Shown here: one piece after another, positions 32,772-42,582 of the stretch
Layout: the number at the start of each line of letters is the position of its first letter
Position numbering within the stretch: the first letter of the stretch is position 1
Assembly: GCA_963743255.1 (NCBI GenBank)
Contig: CAVUPD010000009.1
Span: 310,862 to 374,861 of the forward strand
Direction of reading: 5' to 3'
Source of the DNA: an uncultured Chloroflexia bacterium
Lineage (GTDB): Bacteria > Chloroflexota > Anaerolineae > Anaerolineales > E44-bin32
Length of the DNA: 64,000 nucleotides
The notes under the pieces: model-generated
Seen by the model: the letters and a program-made list of their open reading frames with translations, nothing else
What the model was told of the DNA's origin: nothing
Database searches by the model: none
Made by a program: the position numbers and the translations under genes

Positions 32772-33617
32772 GTGAGGAAGCTGAAGGTCGACCCCTCCAG
32801 CGCCATCCCGCTCTACGTGCAAGTGAGGCAGGCCATCCGGGCGCGAATCATTTCCGGCGACCTGAAGCCCGGCGACATGCTCCCCGGCGAGGTGGCGCTG
32901 GGCGAGCAGCTCGGCATCAGCCGCCTGACCGTTCACCGCGCCATGCCGCGAGCTGGTCGGCGACGGGCTGCTCGTGCGCCAGCGCTCCCGCGGCACCTTC
33001 GTCGCCGTCCCGCGACGTGACAAGGTCCTGGTCGAAGGGCCGTTGTTCAGCCTGACCGAGGAGCTCACCCGCGACGGCCTCGAGTTCTCCAATCGCATCC
33101 TTGCCCAGGAGGTCGTTGCCGCCTCGGAAGGAATCGCCAGCGACCTGCGCCTCGAGCGTGGCGCTCCGGTCGTGCGGCTGCTCAGCCTGCGCACGGTCGG
33201 GCGCCAGCCGTTCGCCCTGGAGGAGATGCACTACCCGTTTGACCGCTTCCCGGCCATGGCGACGTTGGATCTGAACGACCGGTCCACTTACGCCACGCTC
33301 GAGGCGCGCTATCACGCGCACCCGGAGCAGGCTGTCGACCACATCACCGCCGGAACGGCCACCGCCGCCGAAGCGCGCGCCCTGGGCCTCAAGCCGGGCC
33401 GCCCGGTGTTGCGCGTGCGGTCGCGTATCGTATGACGCCGCCAGCCTGCCGGTCGAGTTCGACCGTGGCGACTTTCCTCGCCGACCGCTACCGGATCGTC
33501 GCCCGCGTGCTCGCGCCACTCCCTGCACGCCCAGGACACGCCCCTGCCTCCGATCGGTTAGACTCGGCTTCGCGCCTACGGCGCTCACTTCCCAGGAAAG
33601 TTTCCTTCGACGCATGA
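32772..33617 (+). CDS. GntR-family transcriptional regulator with UTRA effector domain; about 3 frameshifts
   Basis: wHTH LPGEVALGEQLGISRLTVHRA. The UTRA part ..RLLSLRTVGRQPFALEEMHYP.. is in ORF 32974..33435. The tail ..LPVEF..ADRYRIVARV is in further frames. Its TGA overlaps the ATG at 33614. Confidence 0.7.
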
Positions 33618-34130
33618 CGGCCTCCACCCCCACCGGCGAGCTTCGCGTTTACCGCGATCGCTGGGTCGTCCTAGGCGCATAGATTGCGGTCGACACTGTC
33701 CTGCCCGGCCTGTGGATCTGTTATGCACCGGTCGCCAGCCTCGCCGCCAGCCTGTGGGGTGTGAGCGAAGTCCAGGTCGGGCTGTTGGCCATGACGTTCA
33801 TGTACATCTACCTGGTGACTTCCCTGCCAACATCGTAGGCCCTCGAACGATTCAGATTCCGGAGGGCAGGGGAATTGTCCTGGTGGTGATAGGGATCGCC
33901 GCGGTGCTGCGCGGCGCCTTCGCCCTCGACGACCCGATCGTGCCGGCCACCGCCATCGGTGTGGTCGTCGTTCAGCCGTTCGTCGTCAACGCCTCGACCA
34001 AGCTGGTGGTGCGACGGTTTCCTGCCCGCAAGCCCGGACACGTCCTGGGTGTCTCCTTTGTGGCTCCGGTGATTGGCGTGACGCTCGGCTCCGGGCTGAA
34101 CCCGACGGGGAGCGTATGCCTGACGCGGCT
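33614..34130 (+). pseudogene. 5' fragment of an MFS transporter gene (about the first 5 TM helices only), frameshifted
   Basis: MTASTPTGELRVYRDRWVVLGA.., LWICYAPVASLAASLWGVSEVQVGLLAMTFMYIYLVTSLP, GIAAVLRGAF.., VVVQPFVVNASTKLVVRRFPARK. There is no room for the remaining helices before the next gene at 34194. Confidence 0.5.
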
Positions 34131-34193
34131 GGCGCCTGGCGGGGATAGAATCGGCCCGCGCCTCGCTGGACGAGCGGGGTGCGGAGGGCCGGG

Positions 34194-35071
34194 ATGCGCA
34201 TCGGCATCGTCTTCCCACAAACCGAGTTCGGGCACGATCCAGCCGCCGTGCGCGATTTCGCGCAGGCAGCTGAGGCGGCCGGCTACAGTCACATCGTCGC
34301 CTACGATCACGTCCTGGGAGCGAACCCGGATCGGCCGGGCGGCTGGTCCGGGCCGTATTCGTACCAATCCGCGTTCCTGGAACCGTTCGTGCTTTTCAGT
34401 CACATGGCCGCCGTCACGCTGCGCATCGAGTTTGCCCCGGGCATCCTCATCCTTCCCCAGCGCCAGACCGCCGTGGTCGCCAAGCAGGCCGCCACGCTCG
34501 ACGTGCTGTGCGGTGGGCGGCTGCGCCTGGGCGTCGGGCTCGGGTGGAACGCCGTCGAGTATCAGTCGTTGGGACAGGACTTTCACACCCGCGGCAAGCG
34601 CCTCGAGGAGCAGGTGGCGCTGCTGCGGCTGCTGTGGACGCGGCCACTGGTCACATTCCAGGGCAAGTGGGACTCCATTGCCGATGCCGGCGTCAACCCC
34701 CTGCCCGTCCAACGCCCGATTCCGATTTGGTTCGGCGCCTCAGTCGACGCCGCGCTGCAGCGTGCGGCCCGCCTGGGGGATGGCTGGATGATGACCGGAT
34801 TCAGACAGCCGGCCGAAGGCGCGGCCGGCGCTCGATAGGTTGGATGCGTTCCTTGCGAACGCAGGCAGGTCTCGCCCCGCCTTCGGCCTCGAGGGCGCGC
34901 ATGGCGTATGGCAACGGCGACGAGACAGCCCTGGAGCAGCAGGTCCGAGGCTGGGAAGATCTGGGCGTCACGCATCTGGCGCTGAACACGATGGGCGCCG
35001 GACTGGAAGGACCGGGGCAGCACCTACGCGCCCTGCAGGCGTTCGCCGCGACCTTTGGAGCGGGGGGATGA
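34194..35071 (+). CDS. Luciferase-like monooxygenase (LLM) class, probably F420-dependent oxidoreductase; one frameshift near 34800
   Basis: MRIGIVFPQTEFG.., LDVLCGGRLRLGVGLGW, C-terminal ..GVTHLALNTMG in ORF 34508..35071. Confidence 0.75.
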
Positions 35072-35790
35072 GCGACGCGGCGGCCCTCGACGGTGTCGTG
35101 CTCCAATCCGGCGGTTTCCGCCTCCTGGGTGCGCTGCACCGCGCTGCGGGCCCGCAGCCCCGGCCGGCCGTCCTCCTGCTGCACGGCATCCCCGGCCACG
35201 AGATGAACCTCGACTTGGCCGTCGACCTGCGCGATCCGGCGTGCATTGCCTGCACATTCACTACCGCGGCTCGTGGGGCTCGGGCGGAGAGTACGCACTG
35301 TCTCAGCTGGTCCCGGATGCCCGTGTGGCGCTCGAGTGGCTGGCGGCCCACCCGTGTGTCGATCCGAGTTTCGCGTCGCGTTGGTCGGCATCAGCCTGGG
35401 AGGTCGGGTCGCGCTCACCCTCGCCAGCCAGGCCAAAGGCATTTGCGCGGTGGCGGCGCTATCGCCGCTGCTCGATCCGATTCGTCTCCCGCTCCCGCTC
35501 GAGCTCGCCCGCGAGTTCGCGCCGTCGCTCACCGGCGTCTCGCCCGAACAGTTGGCGCGCGAGTGGACAGCCGTCCCGGCGTTCGGCACGATCGCCCCTG
35601 CCTCGCCCGGACGCCTCTCCTGCTTGTCACCGCCGATGCCGACGAGGTCTTCCCGCCCGACCACTACGCCGATCTGCCCGCCGAACTTCAGCGACTGAAG
35701 CGTGTGCGCTTCCCGCTCCGACCACGTATACTCTGACGCTAGGGCGGGCTGCGCCATGTCGTCTGCGGCTGGCTGCTCGATCAATTTGAC
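35068..35790 (+). CDS. Alpha/beta hydrolase (dienelactone-hydrolase-like); several frameshifts; 3' end uncertain
   Basis: AVLLLHGIPGH, the nucleophile elbow VGISLGG and LLVTADADEVFP over three frames. ATGA start/stop overlap with the LLM gene. Confidence 0.65.
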
Positions 35791-35857
35791 CGGGTTCCGC
35801 CGCTCGAAGGGCACGCCCGTAGCGCGTGGGCTTTGCTGACGCCGAAGGAGACACCGC

Positions 35858-36151
35858 ATGCCAGCCTACGTGATCCTCGACATCGAGATCACCGACCCCA
35901 AGGGCGACGAGGATTACAAGCGTCTGGCGCCTCCAACGGTCGGCCGTATGGAGGGCGTTACCTGGCCCGCGGCGGGCAGGCCGAGGTGCTGGAGGGGAAT
36001 GGACGTTGAACCGGTTGGTGATCCTCGAGTTCCCCGATCGTGCTCACGCCCGGCAGTGGCTCAATTCGCTGAGTACAGGCCGGCGCGTAGCCAGCGCCAC
36101 CAGACGGCAAAGACGAAGATGGTCGTCGTCGAGGGCGTCGTCCCCGGTTGA
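35858..36151 (+). CDS. DUF1330 family protein; about 2 internal frameshifts
   Basis: MPAYVILDIEITDP.. start and ..KMVVVEGV end in one frame. The middle GGRYLARGGQAEVLEG.. is in another frame. Confidence 0.65.
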   Translation: MPAYVILDIEITDPKGDEDYKRLAPPTVGRMEGVTWPAAGRPRCWRGMDVEPVGDPRVPRSCSRPAVAQFAEYRPARSQRHQTAKTKMVVVEGVVPG

Positions 36152-36169
36152 CCCACAGGGAGCATAAGG

Positions 36170-36748
36170 ATGCCGTTCGAATCGCAAGCGACAGCACCCG
36201 AGGTCTTCGTCTCGGTAGACGTCGAAGCCTCTGGCCCGGCGCCTAGCCGGTATTCGCTTCTGTCCCTCGGCGCGTGCCTGGTTGATGATCCGGGGCGCAC
36301 GTTCTACGCCGAGCTGCAGCCGGTTGGCGAGGCGGCGACGGCCGAGGCGAAGGCGGTGCACAACCTCGACGGAGAGGTGAAGCGCGACGGACTGCCGCCG
36401 GTCCAGGCCATGGAGCGGTTCGAGGCATGGCTTCAAGCCGTTCTGCCCGCCGGCGCGCTGCCCGTGTTCGTCGGGTTCAACGCCGCCTTCGATTGGATGT
36501 TCGTCGCCGACTATTTCGAACGGTTCCTCGGCCGCAACCCCTTCGGCCACACCGCGCTCGACCTCAAGTCCTACTACATGGGCCTGACGGGCGGTGCGTG
36601 GAGCGACACGACCAAGCGCGCCCTGGGCGAGCGATACCCCGACCACCCGCAGCTGACGCACAACGTGCTCCAGGACGCCATCGACCAGGCCGTCCTGTTC
36701 CGCCGCATGCGCGCCGAGCAGTTTCGGACCCCCCACGAATTTCCGTAG
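36170..36748 (+). CDS. DEDD-type 3'-5' exonuclease (DnaQ/RNase T-like)
   Basis: Intact 192-aa ORF with VSVDVEASGP (Exo I), GFNAAFDWMF (Exo II) and HNVLQDAIDQA (Exo III). Confidence 0.75.
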   Translation: MPFESQATAPEVFVSVDVEASGPAPSRYSLLSLGACLVDDPGRTFYAELQPVGEAATAEAKAVHNLDGEVKRDGLPPVQAMERFEAWLQAVLPAGALPVFVGFNAAFDWMFVADYFERFLGRNPFGHTALDLKSYYMGLTGGAWSDTTKRALGERYPDHPQLTHNVLQDAIDQAVLFRRMRAEQFRTPHEFP

Positions 36749-37341
36749 GGGCGAAACATGCCCACCACATGTATTGCGCAAACGGCGACTCTCGCCACGC
36801 TTCGCCCACACGATACCCGTGGAGGCGCCCAGACGAAAGGTCTATCATGCGCGCATCGCACAGGCATGGCGTGCTGTACGTCCTCACCGAATGATGATCA
36901 ACAACCCCGCTACCCTACGGTACCCCGCATATTCCGCGTCGCCGTAGCCCGGAGCCACCTTTCATACCGTGTAGGGGCGAAGCACCGTTCGTGCCGCGAA
37001 GCCCGGCGGCACGCCGGTGCGAGACGGCATGCTTCGCCCCTACGATGTCCGCGGGGGCACCCAGACAAGTCACCTACCCCGCGGGGCGGGGACCCGCGAT
37101 TGCGTGACCCCTACACCGATCTGCAATCACCGACCCTGAACCCAAACATGACCCCCCACGTTACGCGCCGCCCGCATTCCGGAACCCCCTTCAAGAACGT
37201 GTAGGGGCGAAGCATGCCCCCAGCTTACATTGCGCAAGCAGCGACATCAGGCATGCTTCGCCCTGCGCCTTCCGGGGACACTCCTGGACCATAGGCCTAT
37301 GCCGGACATATCGTAGGGGCGGGTTTGAAACCCGCCCCTAC
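36746..37341. repeat. Cluster of REP-like hairpins (GTAGGGGC family)
   Basis: GTAGGGGCGAA(G/A)CA..GCTTCGCCC copies at about 36746, 36971 and 37201. Palindrome GTAGGGGCGGGTTTGAAACCCGCCCCTAC at 37313..37341. Confidence 0.85.
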
Positions 37342-37351
37342 GGAACTGCGA

Positions 37352-38011
37352 TCAATCCCCTGCCCAGGCAAACGCCTCAGTCGCTGTATGAGCCTCTCCG
37401 CGCGCTTCTCGGATTTCTTCGTCTGAGAGAGCCGGCGGGGTGATGCCCAGCATGCGACAGGACAGCAGTGTCCCCGCTGTCGCCTCGATCGTTTCGGAGA
37501 TCGCTGCGGCGTGCTCCAGGCTTTCAGCGGCGACAACCAGCCCATGGTTCTGCATCAGGATTGCCACCCCCGCGCCCAGGGCGGGGGCAACCGCCTCGGC
37601 CAGCGCCTCCGATCCGGGCATGAGGAAGGGCACCACGGGGAGCTCCCCGACCAGACGGGCCTCCAGCGAGATCGGAAGGAACGGCGTGCCAGTGAGCGCC
37701 ATCCGCGTCGCCTGCGGCGCGTGGCTGTGCACGATGGCCCGCACGTCCGTGCGCGTGCGGTAAATGGCGCAGTGGACGCGCCATTCGGTCGATGGGCTCG
37801 GCTCATCCATATTGCAGGCCTCGCCATCCAAGCCAATACAAGCCATGTGCTCCGGCTGCAGGCCGCCCTTGGACCTGCCGGCCGGCGTGATCCAGATCTG
37901 GTCGGGAGACCCGAGGTCGCGCGCGCTGACGTTGCCGCCGGTAGCGGTGATCAGCCCGCGGGCGTACAGCCCGGCGGTCACCCGCGCCAGCAGCCGGGCC
38001 GTCTCGCTCAC
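37352..38011 (-). CDS. Class II aldolase/adducin-family protein
   Basis: Intact 219-aa ORF with TATGGNVSAR and the His cluster AIVHSHAP. GTG start overlaps the upstream stop (GTGA). Confidence 0.8.
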   Translation of the reverse strand: MSETARLLARVTAGLYARGLITATGGNVSARDLGSPDQIWITPAGRSKGGLQPEHMACIGLDGEACNMDEPSPSTEWRVHCAIYRTRTDVRAIVHSHAPQATRMALTGTPFLPISLEARLVGELPVVPFLMPGSEALAEAVAPALGAGVAILMQNHGLVVAAESLEHAAAISETIEATAGTLLSCRMLGITPPALSDEEIREARGEAHTATEAFAWAGD

Positions 38012-38363
38012 GGCAGGTTGAACACCAACGTCCCGGGCTTGAAACGGTGATCGACGGTGGCCTTCCCTGACGCGACGAGTACATACAGCACGTTCAGGGC
38101 GACAAACCTGTCCTTGAAGTGTCTGGTTCGGCTGAACTCCTCGAAGAGCTGCTTGGAGGTCAGGCCCTTCACCCCGCGGAATTTGTCTTCGACGTAGCTC
38201 ACCGCGTCCGCCTCTACGATGTTGAAATTGCCCGCCGCAGCATCTGCCTTCTTGAACGACATCACCAGGAAGTGCCGGTGACCCTGGAAGATGTGGTACG
38301 TCTGCCGGGCGCCCTGACCTCGCCGACGTAGCGCAGCTCCGACAGGACCTCCTTGACGTTCAT
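38008..38363 (-). CDS. Hypothetical protein (~118 aa); one frameshift near 38300
   Basis: ATG at 38363 follows GGAGG (MNVKEVLSELRYVGEV..). The rest, ..HIFQGHRHFLVMSFKK..LNVLYVLVASG.., is in ORF 38008..38379. I do not recognise a family. Confidence 0.5.
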
Positions 38364-38416
38364 GGGGACCTCCGATCAAGCGTGGACCGAGCCATGTCGC
38401 TCGGGGGGACTTGCCT

Positions 38417-38711
38417 GGGAAATGGCCTCCAGCCGGGCGGCCGACGGCTCTCCCTCACTCTACGCCCAGCCGGCAGGCAGGACAAGCATCGGGAGAATCC
38501 CGGCCCACCGGCCGAAGGTCCCCGGCATTCTTCCCGGGGGGTCAGCCGAGGGTCCTGGTGGTCTTACAGGATCGAAGGCCCCGCCGTTGGCCCCGCATCG
38601 TTGGCGGGGCCGCTCCTTGGCGGGGCGTCGTGGGCGGGGTGTCTTGGGCGGGGGCATCTTCCCATGCCGAAGGCTCTGGTGAGCTTCCAAGGCTACCGCG
38701 AGTTGTTGGGC
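38417..38711 (-). repeat. attC-like site 12 (terminal copy; distal R' core degenerate)
   Basis: + strand right end ..GGCTACCGCGAGTTGTTGGGC. The left end GGGAAATGGCCTCCAGC aligns with GCCCAACGGCCTCGAGC, but the 7-mer is lost. Confidence 0.5.
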
Positions 38712-38740
38712 GGATCAAGCGCGCAGCGCCGGGCTGGTGG

Positions 38741-39205
38741 TTATCTGTCTCTCAACTGAAGCAAGTGTCGGTATTGCCACTGTCGTTCTTTGGCTACGGC
38801 ATCATCGGCATGAGAGGGGCTGCTGGCCCTATGGACGGCCTGTACGGCATAGTTCGCAGCGCCGATGCAATGGGTGGGGACATGGGCAGTTGCCACCGCT
38901 TGACCTGCGGCCCGGGCCGCAGAGCGAGCGGCATTATCCTCTCCTACCTCGCGAGCAGCAGCATGAGATGCCAGCGAAGCCTTGCGTATCTCAGCCATCT
39001 TAAACACCCCGGTATTTATCCATGCCTGGAGTGCTTCGAGTGCATTCCGAGGGCGATGGTCTTCTGGATATTTTTCCTCAAAATAGGGCAGAACACGCTC
39101 AACACAATCAATGGCCCAGGCGCCCAGGGTCGTATGGTCGGTTCTTCCCGCAAGCGCGATCATCGACTCGTCTCTGCGTGTAACCGAGAATTCGGAGCTT
39201 GCCAT
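38741..39205 (-). CDS. Cassette 12: Imm5-like putative immunity protein (all-alpha)
   Basis: Intact 154-aa ORF. LGAWAIDCVERVLPYFEEKYPEDHRPRNALEALQAW.. and the Ala-rich helical repeats resemble the putative immunity protein family of polymorphic toxin systems (recognised from memory). Confidence 0.65.
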   Translation of the reverse strand: MASSEFSVTRRDESMIALAGRTDHTTLGAWAIDCVERVLPYFEEKYPEDHRPRNALEALQAWINTGVFKMAEIRKASLASHAAAREVGEDNAARSAARAAGQAVATAHVPTHCIGAANYAVQAVHRASSPSHADDAVAKERQWQYRHLLQLRDR

Positions 39206-39214
39206 GGGATCACC

Positions 39215-39255
39215 TTCTCACCGTCCGACGGATCAGGATCAGCGAGTTGTTGGGC
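39215..39255 (-). repeat. Orphan R''/L'' half of an attC-like site
   Basis: + strand ..GGATCAGGATCAGCGAGTTGTTGGGC matches the ORF-proximal arm only. The partner arm is missing, because the Imm5-like gene starts 10 nt away at 39205. Confidence 0.5.
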
Positions 39256-39419
39256 CGCACCCCCGCAACCGATCTGCAACCGGACTTACGATTGCCGGGA
39301 ACGCGTCTCCGTGATGTTCACGGCATTTAGCCATTGGGCCCAAGCGCACCCATACGCGTTCAAAGAGACGCATGGCGATCCGGTGCTTACAGAACCGGCG
39401 AGGCCGGTCAGATCCATGT

Positions 39420-40272
39420 TTAGGGCGGCGGCTTCTCGGTCTTCCGCCCCCGGACAAAGAGCGCACCCACCGGCGCGACCAGCATCAGGGCCGCCCCCAG
39501 GAGGGTCAACGCAAGGAAGATCTGGATCGCCTGATTCACGACGCCTGGCAGGACATCGACCGCCAGCTGCGTGCTAGCGCGTGATGAAGGTCTCTTCGCC
39601 ACCGGCAGCCGGGGGTTGGGCGGAATGCTCGAGCCAGCCGCGCGCTCCGCTCATCAGGACCAAGCCTGGAATCGCAGCCAGCAGAATGACACATCCAGGA
39701 CTGCCCAAACGCCCGAACCGATAGCTGAAGAGGGCAAGCAAGCCGAGGAGGAAAAGCGAGACTAGTCCCGAGATGGCAAGCGCCGCCCGAAGTTTGGCAT
39801 GTGTTTCGGCGCTGATGAAGCCCAGTGGGCCGATCCCCCCTTCCAGTTGTGATTGCATGCCGGGGTCGGTCATCAGGTTTGCCAGCCCATCCTCCCCGTC
39901 ATAGTAGATGGGCTCCGCCCACTGCTGGAAGAACCACAAGCGCACTTCTCTGGGGGTTTTCCCGGCGATATCCTCCGCCCGGACAACGATTCGCATCCCG
40001 GGGATGGGCTGCCATTCTCCGTTGGGCAACTCGGCGATTCTCTGCTTCACGATCCCAATGTCGCCGGCTTCATCCAACCCTCCCCCTTCGGCACTGTAGG
40101 AACTCGCCAGCGTCGTTGTCAAGAGGGCGATACCTTGCTCAGGGGTTGTGGCCAGAACCAGGATGAGCGCCAGAAAGGTGATGTTCAACACGAACAAGAG
40201 AAGAATGCCGGTGAGCCACTTCGCATCCACGTGCCAGTAGGGGCGGGGCTTGAGTTCCTTCTTTGTACCCAT
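39420..40272 (-). CDS. Cassette 11: hypothetical membrane protein; one frameshift near 39590
   Basis: ATG at 40272 follows GAGGAGG. TM helices are at the N-terminus, in the middle and at the C-terminus. ORF 39574..40521 joins ORF 39420..39602 (..EETFITR|ASTQLAVDVL..). Confidence 0.6.
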
Positions 40273-40298
40273 CGCTGGCCTCCTCGAACCGAGTGAAC

Positions 40299-40648
40299 AG
40301 CAACCCAGTGCCCTCGAGCTAGTAGGTCCCGCGTCAGGCCGCCGCGGGTCCCGCCGAAGGCCCCGCATTGTGGGTGGGGGTGATCTTCCAGGGCCGGAGC
40401 CCGCCGGAGGTCCCGCGTTCTCGGCGGGATTCGTCCCGGGGGTTCTTACCGGGATCCTGCCGATGGCCCCACGTTGTGGGCGGGGGTGATCTCCAGGGCC
40501 GGAGGCCGCCGGAGGTCCCACGTTACTGGCGGATTCGTCCGGGAGTGTGACCGGGTTCCTGCCGATGGACCCGCGTGTGTGGGCGGGGGTGATCTTCCAG
40601 GACCGGAGGTCCTGGTGATCGTCTCAGGACTTCAGCGAGTTGTCGGGC
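40299..40648 (-). repeat. attC-like site 10 (~350 nt) containing 2.5 tandem copies of a ~104-nt module
   Basis: Distal end ..CAGGACTTCAGCGAGTTGTCGGGC. The proximal end ..CAACCCAGTGCCCTCGAGCT is degenerate. Tandem units at 40359..40464, 40465..40566 and 40567..40648. Confidence 0.55.
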
Positions 40649-40665
40649 GCACGGGGCACCCGACG

Positions 40666-41403
40666 TCACAAGCCAAGCGTCTCCGCCGCCATTTGTTGAA
40701 GGTGCGCCGCATCTTCCTCGGTCACACCCGGGCCCAGATAGGGGTTGCCAACCGGCGTCCTCTGAAGGATCACCCCATAGAGTATGCAGGCTGCCAGGTA
40801 GGTGCCGGCTTCCGTTGGATGGCCATCTTGCGAGTATAGGGGCAGATCCGGCCTTTGAAGAAGGGAGCGGGCAAAGGCCAGGCCCGCTGGCGCCACCTCC
40901 GCAGCAAGCTGGGTACCGACCGCTTCGTACGCACTCGCCAGGGTTGCCGTCGTAACTCCCCCGGCGACACTATCGGGGCGTTCCCAGGTCATGAGAAGAA
41001 CCGTCTTGGCGCCGCTTTCGCGAATCTCGATGTCGAATTCGCGGCTGAACTTGTAGAAGCTCTGCCAGTCCGTAACTGGCCGCTGACTTTGCTCCTGCAA
41101 GACGACGAAGGTCCAGCCCTCCTCGCGGATCTTGCGGGCCGCCGCACCGTCTTTCCAGTGATCCTCAAGCGTGTAACCGCCCGCAGCGATCCGCGAAACC
41201 CGGCTGGAGGGCGCCAGACCCTTGAATTCCTTGTCGATCCCACCGTTGAGAAACGTGTAGCTGTTCCCAATGAAGAGGACCCGTGTTGGATCTGTCTCTT
41301 CAGAACCACTTCTCCCTAAGCCACCGCCCGTGCACACGGCTAGCAAGAGCAAGGTCGTGCAAGTCCACAGGATGATGCGCTGGAGTTGCCTAACAGTCAT
41401 CAT
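40666..41403 (-). CDS. Cassette 10: SGNH/GDSL-type hydrolase lipoprotein
   Basis: Intact ORF with signal/lipobox LLLLAVCTGG, block I FIGNSYT and block V DGHPT. Confidence 0.75.
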   Translation of the reverse strand: MMTVRQLQRIILWTCTTLLLLAVCTGGGLGRSGSEETDPTRVLFIGNSYTFLNGGIDKEFKGLAPSSRVSRIAAGGYTLEDHWKDGAAARKIREEGWTFVVLQEQSQRPVTDWQSFYKFSREFDIEIRESGAKTVLLMTWERPDSVAGGVTTATLASAYEAVGTQLAAEVAPAGLAFARSLLQRPDLPLYSQDGHPTEAGTYLAACILYGVILQRTPVGNPYLGPGVTEEDAAHLQQMAAETLGL

Positions 41404-41464
41404 CTTCAGAACTGCCACCCACAAAAGTGGAACCGAGCCAGTCAGCCGAAGGCATCGTGGAATA

Positions 41465-41771
41465 GCCCCACCGGCCTCGAGCTATCGAAGACCGTTCGTC
41501 CCGGATGGCTTCACCGGGATCCTGCGCACGTTGCAGGACAAGGTCCCGCGTTGCTACCGGGAAGCCGTCCGGCGGAGGCCGGCCTCCTAACTCTACGGCA
41601 TGCTGAAGGGCCAGACAAGGTCCAAGTTCGGCCCAGCCCGCCGGGGTAGCCGAAGGCCGCCGGAGATCCTGCCGTCGGCCGTTCGCCCCGATGTGCTTAC
41701 CGGGGTCCCGCGCACTGTGCGGGGCGTTCTGGGCGCATGTGCTCTTTGGCGAGATAAGCGAGTCGCTGGGC
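41465..41771 (-). repeat. attC-like site 9 (307 nt, both cores slightly degenerate)
   Basis: + strand GCCCCACCGGCCTCGAGCTATCGAAGACCG... ...GAGATAAGCGAGTCGCTGGGC. Confidence 0.55.
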
Positions 41772-41778
41772 GTCCCCC

Positions 41779-42192
41779 TTAGGTAAGTCGGTCCCCTGGA
41801 GAAAGGACCCAGGCACTCGCGTGACGGGTAAATCCGATGCGCGGATAGTAGTCTGTGGCTGCAGGGGCGGGAGAGCAGAATGATCGTGCACCTGGGGCCA
41901 AGCTGCTCCCTGGTGTTACGGATCAATTCGCGCCCAATCCCCCTCCCGTTGAACGCCCTGATCGACCGCTAGGTCAGACAGGTAGCAGCAATACGTGAAA
42001 TCGGTGACAGACCGGGCGACACCAACCAGACGGTCATTCTGCCAGGCGGTGACCACCAGATCGGCATGACGGAGCATTCCAGCAATGCAATCTGGATCGT
42101 CAACGGGCCTACGGTCGGCGAGCGAAGAACGACGGAGGACGTCTATGAACTGCTCAGGGGAAACGGTCTCCCCCGACCCTGTAGTCGGTCAT
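41779..42192 (-). CDS. Cassette 9: GNAT N-acetyltransferase; one frameshift near 41880
   Basis: ATG at 42192 follows GAGGAGGAG. The acetyl-CoA motif is VQREGIGRELI. The C-terminal [21 protein letters not shown].. is in the adjacent frame. Confidence 0.75.
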
Positions 42193-42211
42193 GGCTCCTC
42201 CTCATCGGTGC

Positions 42212-42546
42212 GCCTAACAGCCTCGAGCTTTCGAAGATCCTGCGATCGTTGCAGGACAATGTCACACGTTGTCTCAGGGAAGCAGCCGGGGGGAGCGGGC
42301 ATTCGCCCGCCAGAGTTGCAGCATGCACGCAGGGCCGAGCAAGGTGCCCCGAATCCACCCCCGTCGCGTCGGCCGTAGGCCCTGGTGGTCTTGCAGGATC
42401 GAAGACCGCCGAAGTCCCGCCGTAGGCCGTTCGCTCCGGATGTCCTTACCGGGGTCCCGCGTCGTTGGCGGGGCGTCTTGGGCAGGGGTGGCTTCCCAGG
42501 GGCGGATGCCCTGGGGATCGTCCAGGACTTCAGCGAATTGTTGGGC
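42212..42546 (-). repeat. attC-like site 8 (335 nt)
   Basis: + strand GCCTAACAGCCTCGAGCTTTCGAAGATCC... ...GGGATCGTCCAGGACTTCAGCGAATTGTTGGGC. The R' core lies 19 nt upstream (minus) of the cassette 9 start. Confidence 0.65.
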
Positions 42547-42582
42547 ACCCAGGTGCTTCATTGAGGTGTTGGGGAGCGCTGC

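Noticed and set aside
33712-34791. The 359-aa ORF spanning the MFS remnant and the LLM gene.
   Set aside because: It is a chimera. Its first part is one frame of the MFS fragment. The remainder is an out-of-frame, Arg/Pro/Ser-rich read-through of the LLM oxidoreductase gene.
38008-38363. The hypothetical gene just beyond the last attC-like site as a 13th cassette.
   Set aside because: It is followed by no attC-like element, and its stop overlaps the start of the aldolase gene (GTGA). That indicates backbone operon organisation. I kept it as an ordinary hypothetical CDS.
40359-40648. Possible CRISPR array. Tandem repeats also occur at 29327..29600 and 56112..56320.
   Set aside because: The repeat units are about 92-105 bp and directly abut each other with no unique spacers. 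They are diverged copies of REP or attC-associated modules. No cas genes are present.
42189-42548. ORFs lying inside the inter-cassette repeats. Examples are 42189..42548, 42274..42561, 38411..39577, 40474..40839, 45108..45407 and 43305..43703.
   Set aside because: They are translations of the attC-like repeats. The recurring PNNSLKS / QQFAEVLDDP-type peptides and Arg/Pro/Gly-rich strings recur in each copy. They lack start contexts and overlap real genes.
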